Shown here: positions 37,089 to 47,401 of the stretch, in pieces
How the letters are laid out: each line of letters begins with the position of its first letter
Numbering within the stretch: position 1 is the first letter of the stretch
Assembly: GCA_046290465.1 (NCBI GenBank)
Contig: JBKAGP010000001.1
Location: forward strand, 832,001-896,000
Length of the DNA stretch: 64,000 nucleotides
Direction: 5' to 3'
Source: Planctomycetota bacterium
GTDB taxonomy: Bacteria > Planctomycetota > UBA1135 > UBA2386
The notes under the pieces: generated by a model
Database searches by the model: none
Told to the model about the DNA's origin: nothing
The model's input: only the letters and a program-made list of their open reading frames with translations
Translations under genes and position numbers: made by a program

Positions 37089-40000
37089 CGCGCGGTCACC
37101 TGCTCGTCGAGGATGCGGCTCTGGCCTTCGTACTGCACGCGCACGTCCTCGACCCGCGCCGACGTCTTCCAGCCGTGCTGGGTGAACGCCTGCAGGTCGA
37201 GGCAGCCGGGCTGGTAGACCGTGTGGAAGCGGACCTCCAGGCGCGATGCCTGCCGGCCGATGCGGTGCGGCTTGCTGTCGGACGAACCGCCGGAGAACTC
37301 CCACAGCCCGGGGAACTCGTCGGGCACCGCCGTCCACGGCGCCAGGCTGTCGGTGCGCACCCGGCAGATCACGCGCACGCGCGGATCGATGGTCTCCTCG
37401 CGCCACTGCAGGTCGCGGTAGTAGACCGGCGCCTCGTTGGTCGTGAACTGGAAGTAGCTCAGCTCCGGATCGTCGCTGAAGTCCGCGTAGCGGTCCCAGT
37501 GACGGAACGGGAACTGGATCACCACCTCGCCGCTCGCGGCTCCCTGCGGCGCCGTGCCGTAGCGGCCGCGGAACAGGCCGCGCGCCGCCGACGTGCTGGT
37601 GTCGACGGTGCCGTCCGGATTCGGCGGATACCAGTTGGGCATCTCGAGCGTGTTCGCGTTGCGCCGCGACCAGCTGTAGTGCAGCAGTTCCTGGCCCATC
37701 AGCAGCGTGCCCGCGAGCGGCAGCGGCCCGATGTCCTGCACCGTCAGCACCGACTCGTTGCCGCCGACGCCGCCGGCCAGGATCGCCGCCGGCCGGTGCG
37801 ACAGGAACTTGACCCGCGCGCCGCGGTCGTGGCCGCGCGCCTCGGTGTTCAACAGGCCGCGACCGTTGTTCGCGATCGTGAACACGCCGTTGGCGCGCGC
37901 CGAGTACGCCATCACCTCGTCGTCGACCTGGATCAGGCCACCGGACTCCGGGAACCTGGCGCTGAGGTCGGCGCCGCCGGCCCACAGCGCCCCGAGCGAC
38001 GTGTTGGTGAAGAACGGGTTGGTCGTCAACTGCTGCGCGTTGGCGTCCATGATCTCGTCGAGCACCAGGTCGGGCGCGACGTGCGAGACCACCTCGACCT
38101 CGTCGACGACGCCCTGCATCTGCTGCTCGCCGTTGACGCCGCCGCCGATCGACGGGTTCGGACAGAAGGCCGCCGGCAGCTCGCCGCTCGGGAACTTGAC
38201 GATCCGGTCGTACTGGCGCGGATCCTGGATCTGGGTGTTCTGCGGCGGGCCGATGTACTGGTTGCGCACCTCGTCGCGGAACGCGATCAGCTGGAACGGC
38301 TTGGGCCCGAACAGCTCGGGCGGCGTGCGGTCCTGCTGCAGGTTGTCCGAGCCGAACCGGCGCGCCCCCCACGTGCAGGTGTGCCACTCGACCGCCGGCC
38401 GCGACGTGCCGCTCGCGACCGAGCCCTGCACCAGAGCGACGCGGTCGTGGCGTCCGACCCGGCCGGTGTAGGCGCCGTAGTTGCCCCACAGCAGCTGCAC
38501 CCGCTGGCACTGCGTCACCTGCGCGTTGTTCTGCGGGTGCGACGACGTGCCGGTGAACGGATCGCCGCGGAACGCCAGCCGGCGACGCGCCCAGTGGATC
38601 TGCGGGAACGTGCTCTCGAGCTGCGGCGTGTAGCCGATGAAGTTGGCCGACGCGGTGACCGTGCCCCACGGCGGCGTGGTCGGCACCGTCGGGGCGTCGG
38701 GGCCGAGCTGGCCGATGCCGACCCGGGTGCGCGTCACGGTCCGGGTCAGCTCCTGGAACAGGCTCTGCCAGGCGCTGCGGTTGCCGCGCACCAGGAAGCG
38801 GTTGTCGGCGATCGCGTCGTAGCGCACCCACTCGAGGTCGGCGTCCTGGCCGGCCGGCAGCAGCTGCACCCACTCGCTGGTGTTGGTGACCGCCGGGTCC
38901 CAGATGACGTTGGCGTTCTGCACCGTGATCGACACCGGCACCACCCACAGGATGCGCGTCGGCAGGTCGTCCCAGGTGCCCTCGCCACCGGCGAGCTGCC
39001 AGTCGTTCGGGTAGTCGGTGATGAACTTGCGGGCCTGGGCGTTGTAGAGATCGTTGCTGATCCGGTTGTCCTCGCCCGGCAGCGTCTGCGCGCGCTGCAC
39101 GTTGACCAGCCGCGTGCCCTGCCGCGACGCGTAGCGGATCAGTTCGATGCCGCCGACCTCGGCCGGCGTGCCGCTGATCTGGCCGTTGGTGTTGTTCTCG
39201 AAGCCGATGCGCTCCTGCAGCAGCAGCGCGTAGCCGCCGCTGGTCGAGAACGCGCTGGCGATCTCGTCGGACGCGTTCGGCGGCGGCTGGTCGTCGCCGG
39301 TCGGCACCGGGTCGGCGAGCTCGAGGTCGCCGGTCCAGTTCTCGTCGATGCCAACGCCGACCGGGATCGGCGGGCCCTGCAGCGGCACCAGCGAGATCGG
39401 ATCGGGGTTGCTGACGAAGCCGCGCGCGACCGCGAACTGGCCGATCGCGTCGGCCAGCTGGGTCTTGCCGACCATCATCGGCGTGTCTTCGGTCAGCACC
39501 GCGCCGTAGCCGTACAGCTCGACCAGCGAACCGACCGGGTGCTCCGGGAACACGTCGAGGTTGAGGCCCTGGAACTGCGGGTCGTTGACATCGACCGTCG
39601 GTTCGCCGTTCTGGTCGACCGGGATGTTCGGGCGGTGCTCGCGACCGATCTGGCGCGCGCCGCGCCCGCCGAGCGAATCGCGCCACTCGCAGACGAACGT
39701 GTTGCCGCTGATCGACGAGTACTCGAACAGCTCGAGGCCGATGCGCAGCACGCCGACCTGCGGAAAGTTCTCGGTCGACTCGACGGTGATGCTGAGGAAC
39801 CGTTCGTTGCCGTTGGTGGCGTTGGGGTCCTGGCCGTAGCCGACCGAGTTGTTGGCCAGCGTCGGGTCGAACGCCGGGATCGGCGCCGACAGGTAGGTGC
39901 AGTAGTTGCGCTTGCCGCGCGTCATGCCATCGACGAACACCGACATGTCGCCGGGCCGGCCGGTCGGCGCGCTGACGTTGAGGTGCACCGGCGTGTTGGC

Positions 40001-42268
40001 CGGCAGGCCGAGTTCGGCGAGCGGCAGGTTGACCTGCACCGCGGTGCGCTCGACGCCGGCCGGCGAGTCGCTCGGGTTGGGGTCGATGCCGGCCTCGTCG
40101 ATCACTTCGACCACCAGGTTGCCGTCGCGAGAGAGCACTGCGAGCCGGTTGCGGTCCGGGTCGCCGTCACCGTGGTCGAACAGGATCCGGTTCTCGAGCG
40201 TCTGCGGCTCGAGCCAGAACGAGGTCGCGAACCGCCCCATGAAGCCGCCGTCCACCGAGAACGGGAACGAGATCTGGTCGTGGCGACGGTTGCCGCCGGT
40301 CTGCGGCTGGCCACCGGGCTCGGTCGGCCCGGTGTTGTTCATGATGTAGGGGCCTTCCTTCTGCACGTCGCGGCCGCGCCGGTTGGGACCGAACGAGAAC
40401 GACTCGAGGCCGACGATGCCCTGCGCACCGCGCCACTGGCCGCGTCGCGAGATCGACGTCGCCGGCTCGATGCCGGAGTCGGCCGGATCGTCGACCGCGT
40501 AGCGGGCTGCGCCGAGGCCCATGCTCGGGTAGGCGATCGGCACCAGATGCGGCAGGTAGCGCGAGGCCGGGTCGTTGCCGGTCGAGGTCGGCTGCAGGTG
40601 GCCGAGGTTGATCGGCGACGTCAGCCAGAACGGCGACCGACGATCGAGCACGAACGCGTCCTCGAACTCGATCTGCGTCTCCCAGCGGCGCTCCATCTGG
40701 AAGCCGGGCAGGATCGCGGCCTTGCCGGTGCGTTCGTGGCGGCCGACCACGCCCGGCGCGACCACGCTGCGCTTCTTGCTGGCGGCGGCGCGGTAGGTCA
40801 CCCACGGCCCCGACTTGAAGCAGAGCGGCGCGGTGCCCATCTCGAGCACGCTGTCGCGGCCGGTGCGCACGTTGCGGTACAGGTCGACCCACTTGTTGCG
40901 GCCCTGGTTGTTGCCCTCGGCCTGCAGCTTCGGCGCGAAGAAGCGCTCGACCAGGTCCTGCCAGCCGGTGAACGGGCCCCCGCCCGCCACGCCGGTCGCT
41001 TGGAAGCGCAGCATCACGATCTCGTCGGCCAGCTCGGCGGCGGCGCGCGGCGAGATGTTCGGCGGCGCGCTGCTGCGGCGCTGGTTGTCGGCCGGGATCT
41101 GCAGGCCGTCGCTGCGGCGCACGTGCGCGAACAGCGCGGTCAGCACCTCGCGCGGCGCGGTGTTGACGTTGACCGGTGCCGGCACCAGCGGCTCGACCAC
41201 CGTGTCGACGGCCGGGAAGCCCTTCTGCACCGGCATCAGCAGGTCGAGATGGAACACCGACGGCAGCTGCAGCTGGGCCCGGCCCGGCTGCTGGGTCGCC
41301 GCCCGCATCAGCACCCCGTACTCGGACTCACCGGTGGCGACGTTGCGGATCCGGACCGTGCTGCCGGCCCCGAGGTGCAGCGCCGACTTGACCGTCAGGC
41401 GCCGCGACATGCCGGCCTGCAGCTCGTTGAAGACGCGCTCGGGGCGCCCCCACGACGGCGCCGTCTCGGCCTGCGCGTCGACCGCGAACGCCCGCGCGAA
41501 CGCGTCCATCTCGGCGGCCGTGAACGCCCCCATCTCGGCCTTCTGGATCTCGAGCAGCTCGCCGACGCTCTTGTACGGCACCCGCTTGCCGTCGCGATCC
41601 GGCCCGAAGAACGGCCAGATCGCCGCCAGCACGCAGCGGTAGTCGAGCACCAGCGCCTGCTGGCGCACCCCGGCGGTGCCGTCGGCGAAGCCGTATTCCT
41701 GCAGCAGGCCGCGCTGCACGCCGAGCAGCGAGCTGCCGTCCTTGCTGTCGTAGCTGACGACCTCGTTGGCGAGCCACAGGTAGCCCTGTTCGGGCAGCTT
41801 CGACGCGTCGTCGACGACCATCGTGGTCGCGTCGGGTTCGAAGTCCTCGCCCAGGCGCGTCGCGGTGCCGATCACGTTGGCGAGCAGCAGCGGGGACGCC
41901 GAGTCCAGCGACAGGAAGCGCTGCAGGTCGGTGACCTCGCCGCCGAGCAGCACGCGGCCGTCCTCGCGGATCGCGTCGAACGCCTCGGGCAGGTCGACGC
42001 CGGCCGGCCACTCGTCGAGGCCGTCGTAGTCGGGCGTCTCGTCGAACGCCGGGTGCGACATCGCGACGTCGGCCAGCAGCAGGTCGCGCACGCTCGCCGA
42101 GGCCTGCTCGGTGGCAGCCTGGTCGACGTCGCGCATGGCCGCGTCGGCGCCGACGCTCATCGACACCGCGAACGGCAGCGCCAGCAGCATCAGCAGGGTC
42201 AACGCGAACAGCACGGCGAGCAGGGCCAGGCCCCGTTCGTCCCGCTCCGGATGCACGTCACGGATCAT
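37085..42268 (-). CDS. Giant (1727 aa) PilX/GspK-like minor pilin with a LamG-like domain and repeated beta modules
   Basis: ERG|LALLAVLFALTLL lacks Glu5, as PilX/GspK do; VNVNTAPREVL is a GspK-like motif; ATSFWLEP...VFVDG and GVVDEV are LamG-like. Confidence 0.8.
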   Translation of the reverse strand: MIRDVHPERDERGLALLAVLFALTLLMLLALPFAVSMSVGADAAMRDVDQAATEQASASVRDLLLADVAMSHPAFDETPDYDGLDEWPAGVDLPEAFDAIREDGRVLLGGEVTDLQRFLSLDSASPLLLANVIGTATRLGEDFEPDATTMVVDDASKLPEQGYLWLANEVVSYDSKDGSSLLGVQRGLLQEYGFADGTAGVRQQALVLDYRCVLAAIWPFFGPDRDGKRVPYKSVGELLEIQKAEMGAFTAAEMDAFARAFAVDAQAETAPSWGRPERVFNELQAGMSRRLTVKSALHLGAGSTVRIRNVATGESEYGVLMRAATQQPGRAQLQLPSVFHLDLLMPVQKGFPAVDTVVEPLVPAPVNVNTAPREVLTALFAHVRRSDGLQIPADNQRRSSAPPNISPRAAAELADEIVMLRFQATGVAGGGPFTGWQDLVERFFAPKLQAEGNNQGRNKWVDLYRNVRTGRDSVLEMGTAPLCFKSGPWVTYRAAASKKRSVVAPGVVGRHERTGKAAILPGFQMERRWETQIEFEDAFVLDRRSPFWLTSPINLGHLQPTSTGNDPASRYLPHLVPIAYPSMGLGAARYAVDDPADSGIEPATSISRRGQWRGAQGIVGLESFSFGPNRRGRDVQKEGPYIMNNTGPTEPGGQPQTGGNRRHDQISFPFSVDGGFMGRFATSFWLEPQTLENRILFDHGDGDPDRNRLAVLSRDGNLVVEVIDEAGIDPNPSDSPAGVERTAVQVNLPLAELGLPANTPVHLNVSAPTGRPGDMSVFVDGMTRGKRNYCTYLSAPIPAFDPTLANNSVGYGQDPNATNGNERFLSITVESTENFPQVGVLRIGLELFEYSSISGNTFVCEWRDSLGGRGARQIGREHRPNIPVDQNGEPTVDVNDPQFQGLNLDVFPEHPVGSLVELYGYGAVLTEDTPMMVGKTQLADAIGQFAVARGFVSNPDPISLVPLQGPPIPVGVGIDENWTGDLELADPVPTGDDQPPPNASDEIASAFSTSGGYALLLQERIGFENNTNGQISGTPAEVGGIELIRYASRQGTRLVNVQRAQTLPGEDNRISNDLYNAQARKFITDYPNDWQLAGGEGTWDDLPTRILWVVPVSITVQNANVIWDPAVTNTSEWVQLLPAGQDADLEWVRYDAIADNRFLVRGNRSAWQSLFQELTRTVTRTRVGIGQLGPDAPTVPTTPPWGTVTASANFIGYTPQLESTFPQIHWARRRLAFRGDPFTGTSSHPQNNAQVTQCQRVQLLWGNYGAYTGRVGRHDRVALVQGSVASGTSRPAVEWHTCTWGARRFGSDNLQQDRTPPELFGPKPFQLIAFRDEVRNQYIGPPQNTQIQDPRQYDRIVKFPSGELPAAFCPNPSIGGGVNGEQQMQGVVDEVEVVSHVAPDLVLDEIMDANAQQLTTNPFFTNTSLGALWAGGADLSARFPESGGLIQVDDEVMAYSARANGVFTIANNGRGLLNTEARGHDRGARVKFLSHRPAAILAGGVGGNESVLTVQDIGPLPLAGTLLMGQELLHYSWSRRNANTLEMPNWYPPNPDGTVDTSTSAARGLFRGRYGTAPQGAASGEVVIQFPFRHWDRYADFSDDPELSYFQFTTNEAPVYYRDLQWREETIDPRVRVICRVRTDSLAPWTAVPDEFPGLWEFSGGSSDSKPHRIGRQASRLEVRFHTVYQPGCLDLQAFTQHGWKTSARVEDVRVQYEGQSRILDEQVTAR

Positions 42269-43224
42269 CGGCCAGCCTCCACGGCGTCCAGGTCCTCGTA
42301 GGTGATCACGGGGGCATCGACCGCTTCGCCGCGCTTGTCGTAGGTGAAGCGGAAGGTCTCGGTCGGCTGCAGCTCCATCGGCAGGTACTGCGGCGGCGCG
42401 AACGCGAACGCCAGCAGCCGCACCTCGTCGACGATGCCCGGGATCGCGGAGCCGACCGGCGAGATGTCGAGCGCCATGTTCTGCTCCTGCTCGGGCACGC
42501 CGCTCGCCGCTACGCGCGCGAACTCGCGCTCGTCGACCTGGAGCCAGAACGAACGGCCGTCGTAGCCGACCTCGAGCGTCGACCAGCGCCGCAGCGGCAT
42601 CGACAGTTGGCTCTGCAGCGACTTGCGCTGCGCCTGGCCCTGGCCGTCGGTCACCCGCAGGCGCGCATCGGGCCGCAGGTCGTCATCGAGGCGCACTTCG
42701 AGCATCGGCGGCATCTCGAGCACGACGCAGTCCTGACGTTCTTCGAGGAACAGGTCGAGGCGCAGCACGAAGCCGTCGCGCAGGTCCGCCAGCCGCGGCG
42801 GCAGCGGCCAGCGCAGCAGCGGCACCTTGTCGTCCTCGAGCGGCCGGCGCGCCGCGCCGAACCGGCCCGCAGTGACCTCTTCGCCGGCGAGGGCGGGGCG
42901 CATGCGCGCATCGAGGAACGGCTGGCCGGGCTCGAACTGGAACGACACCACCGGCTCGAGCAGCCGCGACTGCACCATCGCCGGCTCGCCCTCGGCGCCG
43001 GGCCGCACCCAGACCTCGGTCGGCACGCCTTCGGCGCGGGCCGTCATCTGCGCCGCCCGTCGCTCGCCGCGCAGGATCGTCTGCGCGACCATGTCGGGGT
43101 CGGTGCGGCCGAGGTAGCCGAGGCCGATGCCCATCAGCACCGAGATGATGCCGATGACGGCCAGCAGCTCGAGCAGCGTGAAGCCCGCCTCGGCCGCGTG
43201 GAATCGGGGTGCGGCGCGGTGCAT
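42265..43224 (-). CDS. Minor pilin (GspH/FimT-like) with a LamG-like domain
   Basis: EAG|FTLLELLAVIGII; WSTLEVGYDG...LQVD and GIVDEVRL. Confidence 0.82.
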   Translation of the reverse strand: MHRAAPRFHAAEAGFTLLELLAVIGIISVLMGIGLGYLGRTDPDMVAQTILRGERRAAQMTARAEGVPTEVWVRPGAEGEPAMVQSRLLEPVVSFQFEPGQPFLDARMRPALAGEEVTAGRFGAARRPLEDDKVPLLRWPLPPRLADLRDGFVLRLDLFLEERQDCVVLEMPPMLEVRLDDDLRPDARLRVTDGQGQAQRKSLQSQLSMPLRRWSTLEVGYDGRSFWLQVDEREFARVAASGVPEQEQNMALDISPVGSAIPGIVDEVRLLAFAFAPPQYLPMELQPTETFRFTYDKRGEAVDAPVITYEDLDAVEAGR

Positions 43225-43225
43225 G

Positions 43226-43882
43226 TCAGTTGGACGGCCAGACGACGTCGTCGTCAGTGCCGAAATCGAGATCGGGGCCGGCGCTGAGCAGCTGGAACTT
43301 GCGCTGGCCGTAGTACGAACCGTCCTCGCGCTTCTTCGCCTTGACGGTGACCGCCGCCTCGCCGACCGCCGGAACGACCTGCTGCGGCTTGTCGATGTTG
43401 AGCTTGCTGAAGTAGGCCATCGGCGTGCCCCAGCCGTCGGCGACCTCGTAGCGGCCGCGCATGCCGTCGAGCAGCGGCAGCGCTTCGCCGTGGCTGTCCT
43501 CGTCGGTGTTGATCAGCGCGTCGCCGAGGTCGGCCAGGCTGGTGCCGTCCTTCTTGTTCTGGCTCAGCATCACCACCAGCGACTCGATCCCGGTGTTCTT
43601 GCCGTTGTCGGCCTTCCAGGTCGGCTTCTTGTTGGCGCGCAGGTACTTGAGGTCGTCGCTCGGGTAGGTCCCGTTGACCCGCTCGAACTTCTCGATCGCG
43701 TTCTTCAGCTGCAGCATGCGCGCCTCGGTCGCCGCCTGGTCGGCGGCGCCGCGGGTGTCGAGCACGCGCGGCAGCAGCACCGCGGCGAGCGTGCCGATGA
43801 TCGCGATCACGATCAGCAGTTCGATCAGCGTGAAGCCGCGCTGGCCGGCCAAAGGGGCGGAGAGATCGGAACGAACGGTCAC
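43226..43882 (-). CDS. Major pseudopilin, GspG/PulG-like
   Basis: QRG|FTLIELLIVIAIIGTLAAVLLP; DGWGTPMAY; C-terminal SAGPDLDFGTDDD. Confidence 0.88.
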   Translation of the reverse strand: MTVRSDLSAPLAGQRGFTLIELLIVIAIIGTLAAVLLPRVLDTRGAADQAATEARMLQLKNAIEKFERVNGTYPSDDLKYLRANKKPTWKADNGKNTGIESLVVMLSQNKKDGTSLADLGDALINTDEDSHGEALPLLDGMRGRYEVADGWGTPMAYFSKLNIDKPQQVVPAVGEAAVTVKAKKREDGSYYGQRKFQLLSAGPDLDFGTDDDVVWPSN

Positions 43883-46596
43883 TAGCGGGCCTCCTTGCGG
43901 CGCTCGAGTCGGTAGTTGTCGAAGGCGACGTCGGTGTGCGCCCGCTTGTTGCCGGACGTGAACAGGATCGTCTTCAATGCCGTGTTGGTGCTGCGGGTCA
44001 GCAGCTTGAGCTGCTGGCTGTGCACCATCGCATCGTTGCAGTAGACCTGCAGGATCAGCTGCCGGGCGTCCTCGTCACCGTTGGGCACGACCCGCAGCTC
44101 GAGCTCCTGGGAGCCGCTGCGCATCAGGCTCTGCGGCAGCTTCTTGCGCACCGGCTCGGCGGCGTTGTTGCCGCCGGCGCCGTCGACGACGGTGACCATC
44201 GGCTGGCCCTGGTAGACGCCGACCCGCGCCGAGAAGTCGACGCCCTGGCGGCCGCGATGGATCTCGATGCCGATGCCGTTCCACGACTCGCTGGTGTCGG
44301 TGCCGGGCAGCACCTCCAGCTCGACGCTGGTGGCGAGGAAGTTCTTGCCGCGCGCGATCGCGTCGACCCGCTCGGCATAGACCTCGCCAGCTCCGCTCGT
44401 CGAGAACGTGCCATCGAAGACCAGGCGGCCGTCGCGGATCCTGGCGCCGAGCGCCTTGTCGGCATCCCAGCTCCACAGGTCCCCCGGCGCATCGCGGTCG
44501 AAGCTGTCGCCGAGCGCCTCCTTCTGCGCGTGCGTCTCGATCGCCGACAGCGTCGCGCCGGCCCACTTGCCGAGCTCGCTGTCGCGGCCGAGGTCGCGTT
44601 CGACGCGCTCGAGCGTGGTGACGGCGTCGTCGACGCGGTTGCGGCTGTAGGCGACCACCGCCAGCGCGCCCTTGGCGTAGCCGCGCGCGGCGTCGTTCTC
44701 GACCAGGTCGCGCGCAGCCTCGAACGCGGCGCGGGCGGCGCGGCGGTCGGCGGCCTGGAACGCGCGCAGGCCCTGCAGCTCGAGCAGTTCGAGCTCCGGC
44801 TGCGGCGACAGCGCCACGGCCCGGTCCTGGTAGCGTCGCGCGGCCAGCCAGGCGGCCGCCTGGTCGGTGCCGGCCGCGTTCTGACCGAGCTCGTCCTGCA
44901 CCGCCGACATCTCGGCGATCGCGTGCACGAAGTCGTCGCGCACCCGCAGGCACTGCGTCAGCGCCTGCTCGGCGTCGCCGTACTGGCCCATCAGGCGCAG
45001 CGTGCGGCCCTTCAGGTAGAGCGCGTAGGGATCGTTGGGCGAAGCCTCGAGGGCCCGGTCGCAGTAGGCCAGCGCGGCCTCGAACTGGCTGGTGCGCGAG
45101 AACAGCAGCCCGAGGCCGGTCCAGGCACGGTGGCGCAGCAGCGGGTCCTCGTCGGCGATCTGCGTCAGCAGCGTGTAGGCCTCCTGCCACGAACCGCCGT
45201 TGAGCAGGCAGGCGGCGCGGCCGAGCCGGGCGGCGGCCGCGTCGTCGCTGGTCGCGGCCTGCTCGAACATCGAACGGGCGGCCGCCATGTCACCGGACGC
45301 GTAGGCGACGCAGCCGCGCAGGTAGCTGCGACCCGGCTCGCTCGGCGCCAGCTGGCGCGCGGCGGCGAGGTCACCGACGGCGAGCTGGCAGCCGACGATC
45401 GTGCGCACGATCTCGGCGCGCGCGACCGGGTCCTGCACGCTGCCGAGCGTCTGCTGGGCGCGGCGCGCGGCGTTGAGCGCCGGGATCGTGCGACCGCGCT
45501 TGCGGTAGAACTCGGCCAGCGTCCCGTGCGTCCTCGCGTCGGTCGGCGCCTTCTCGGTCGCCGCCCGCAGGTGCTGCTCGGCCTCGATCCACAGGCCGAG
45601 GCGCGCCTTGATGACGCCGAGGCCCATCAGGCGGAACGCGTCGGCCTCGTTGTCGCCGGTCGTTCCCTCGAGCAGCTTGACCTCTTCGGCGAGGTTGCCC
45701 ATCGCCTGCAGCACGCGCTGCATGATCCGGCGGCCGTCGAGGTTCTGCCCCGACATCTGCAGGTAGGCCTCCGACTGCTTCAGCGCCTCGTCGTAGACCC
45801 ACGCCTCGACCTTGGCCTGCTCGAGCAGCCACTCGATCAGCTGCAGGCGTTCGCCCTGGCGGCTGGCGTCGTTGGTCGGTACCGCGCGCACGCGGCGGGT
45901 CACCTCGTTGCGCAGCGTGTTTGCCAGCTCGAAGCGCGCCACCGGCTGGTTGCCGTCGCCGAACGGTTGCGGGCTGCCGAGCTTGCGCTTCTGCAGGCTG
46001 AACACGCGGAAGCGGATCTTGACGCCGTCGAAGGTGCGCCGCTGCTCGAGCTCGAACGGGTCGATACCCATCGCCGAGTCGAGCACGCCGTAGAACGGCT
46101 TGTTCAGGCCCTGCACGTAGAGGCGGTCGTAGAGCTTGGCCGCCTGCTCCTCGGTCATCGGCCCGACGCCGGTGTCCTGTGCGTCCTGCTCGCCGTCGCC
46201 GACCTCCTCGCCGTCGCCGGCTTCGGCGCCGCCCCCACCGGTGCGGTCGATGGTGACGTCCTCGACCTGTGCGCCGTCGAGGCGCAGCAGCCACGAGTGG
46301 CGGAAGTCGGGCCCGAAGTCGAGCGGCATGCCGCACAGCGACAGCGGCGGACGCGGCGGGAACTCGAGTTCGCGCGGCGGCAGCGGCTGGGTCTCGCTCG
46401 GCTCGGTGAAGAAGTTGCGCCGCGCCATCTCGGCGGCGTCGCCGTCGACCAGCGACGCCTCCTGGAACGCGCTCGGCTCGACCTCGATCGGATCGGGGTT
46501 GTAGCTGACGCGCAGCGGCTGGACCTCGAAGTAGTCGGTCGAGCAGTAGGCCGCCAACAGCACGACCAGGATCAACAGCACCTGTTCCTTGCGCAT
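43882..46596 (-). CDS. TPR-repeat exported protein with a C-terminal beta domain
   Basis: N-terminal hydrophobic segment ending LAAYC; multiple TPRs (e.g. ALEASPNDPYALYLKGRTLRLMGQYGDAEQAL). Confidence 0.82.
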   Translation of the reverse strand: MRKEQVLLILVVLLAAYCSTDYFEVQPLRVSYNPDPIEVEPSAFQEASLVDGDAAEMARRNFFTEPSETQPLPPRELEFPPRPPLSLCGMPLDFGPDFRHSWLLRLDGAQVEDVTIDRTGGGGAEAGDGEEVGDGEQDAQDTGVGPMTEEQAAKLYDRLYVQGLNKPFYGVLDSAMGIDPFELEQRRTFDGVKIRFRVFSLQKRKLGSPQPFGDGNQPVARFELANTLRNEVTRRVRAVPTNDASRQGERLQLIEWLLEQAKVEAWVYDEALKQSEAYLQMSGQNLDGRRIMQRVLQAMGNLAEEVKLLEGTTGDNEADAFRLMGLGVIKARLGLWIEAEQHLRAATEKAPTDARTHGTLAEFYRKRGRTIPALNAARRAQQTLGSVQDPVARAEIVRTIVGCQLAVGDLAAARQLAPSEPGRSYLRGCVAYASGDMAAARSMFEQAATSDDAAAARLGRAACLLNGGSWQEAYTLLTQIADEDPLLRHRAWTGLGLLFSRTSQFEAALAYCDRALEASPNDPYALYLKGRTLRLMGQYGDAEQALTQCLRVRDDFVHAIAEMSAVQDELGQNAAGTDQAAAWLAARRYQDRAVALSPQPELELLELQGLRAFQAADRRAARAAFEAARDLVENDAARGYAKGALAVVAYSRNRVDDAVTTLERVERDLGRDSELGKWAGATLSAIETHAQKEALGDSFDRDAPGDLWSWDADKALGARIRDGRLVFDGTFSTSGAGEVYAERVDAIARGKNFLATSVELEVLPGTDTSESWNGIGIEIHRGRQGVDFSARVGVYQGQPMVTVVDGAGGNNAAEPVRKKLPQSLMRSGSQELELRVVPNGDEDARQLILQVYCNDAMVHSQQLKLLTRSTNTALKTILFTSGNKRAHTDVAFDNYRLERRKEAR

Positions 46597-46597
46597 G

Positions 46598-47401
46598 CTA
46601 CGCGTCCTCCTCTTGCTTCACGAACGCGATCCCCGACAGCGTCGCCTTGACCGTGATCGGCTCGCCCGGCCGCGCCGCCTCGGTCACCGTCAGGCGGTCG
46701 AGCACCAGCGTGCGGCCCGGCTTGCGGCACGACTCCAGGAAGTAGGCGAGCGTCGCCTCGTCGCACTGGAACTGCAGGTTGACGCGCTGCTGCTTGATCA
46801 GCTCGCTGATGTCGACGCCGCCGCGCCGGCGGCCCCGGCCGCGTCCGATCGTGCGCCGGCCGCGGTTGCTCTCGAGCTTGACGAACGCGATCGCGCTCAG
46901 CCCCTGGGCGTCCTCGTTCTCCTTGACGACGCGGTCGTGCGCGGCGAACAGCCGCTGCTGGGCCGCGTCGATCAGGTCGAGGCCGAACAGCGTGTCGCGG
47001 ATCTGGTCGATGCCGCTCGGCACCTCCCAGCTGATGTCGCTCTCCTCGACCAGCACGTCGCGGTCGCTCGCCGCGTTGACGATCTGCAGCCGCAGGTCGC
47101 GGCCGGTCTGGAACAGGTGGGTGTCGGCGGTGCCGGTCCACTGCCGGAACTTCGGCGCGACCTCGAAGGCCAGCTCCTTGGTCAGGCGCTCGCGCTCGGC
47201 GCCGAGCTTCTCGTTCTCATCCTGCGCGATCGACAGCGCCTCGCGGTTGTAGGCGTCGCGCAGGCGGTCCTGCTGGCGCGGGGTCGCGCCCGGCCCGGTC
47301 ACCGAGTCGATCACGGCGCTGCCGATCAGCCAGACGACCGCGCCGATCGCGCAGCCGACCAGCCACGGCTTGTTCTCCTGGGCGAATTCTCCGATGTCCA
47401 T
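46598..47401 (-). CDS. PilO/GspM-like alignment-complex protein
   Basis: N-terminal TM and coiled coil; C-terminal VNLQFQC....LAYFLE...LVLDRLTV ferredoxin-like pattern; directly follows pilMN. Confidence 0.65.
   Translation of the reverse strand: MDIGEFAQENKPWLVGCAIGAVVWLIGSAVIDSVTGPGATPRQQDRLRDAYNREALSIAQDENEKLGAERERLTKELAFEVAPKFRQWTGTADTHLFQTGRDLRLQIVNAASDRDVLVEESDISWEVPSGIDQIRDTLFGLDLIDAAQQRLFAAHDRVVKENEDAQGLSAIAFVKLESNRGRRTIGRGRGRRRGGVDISELIKQQRVNLQFQCDEATLAYFLESCRKPGRTLVLDRLTVTEAARPGEPITVKATLSGIAFVKQEEDA

Noticed and set aside
37079..42301. 1740-aa plus-strand ORF, and similar long ORFs at 12696-17099, 4017-6944, 47665-51180, 56854-60231 and 60036-63344
   Set aside because: These are shadow ORFs antisense to, or out of frame with, genes that have clear motifs. 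Their Arg/Ala/Val-rich composition is what high-GC codon bias produces.
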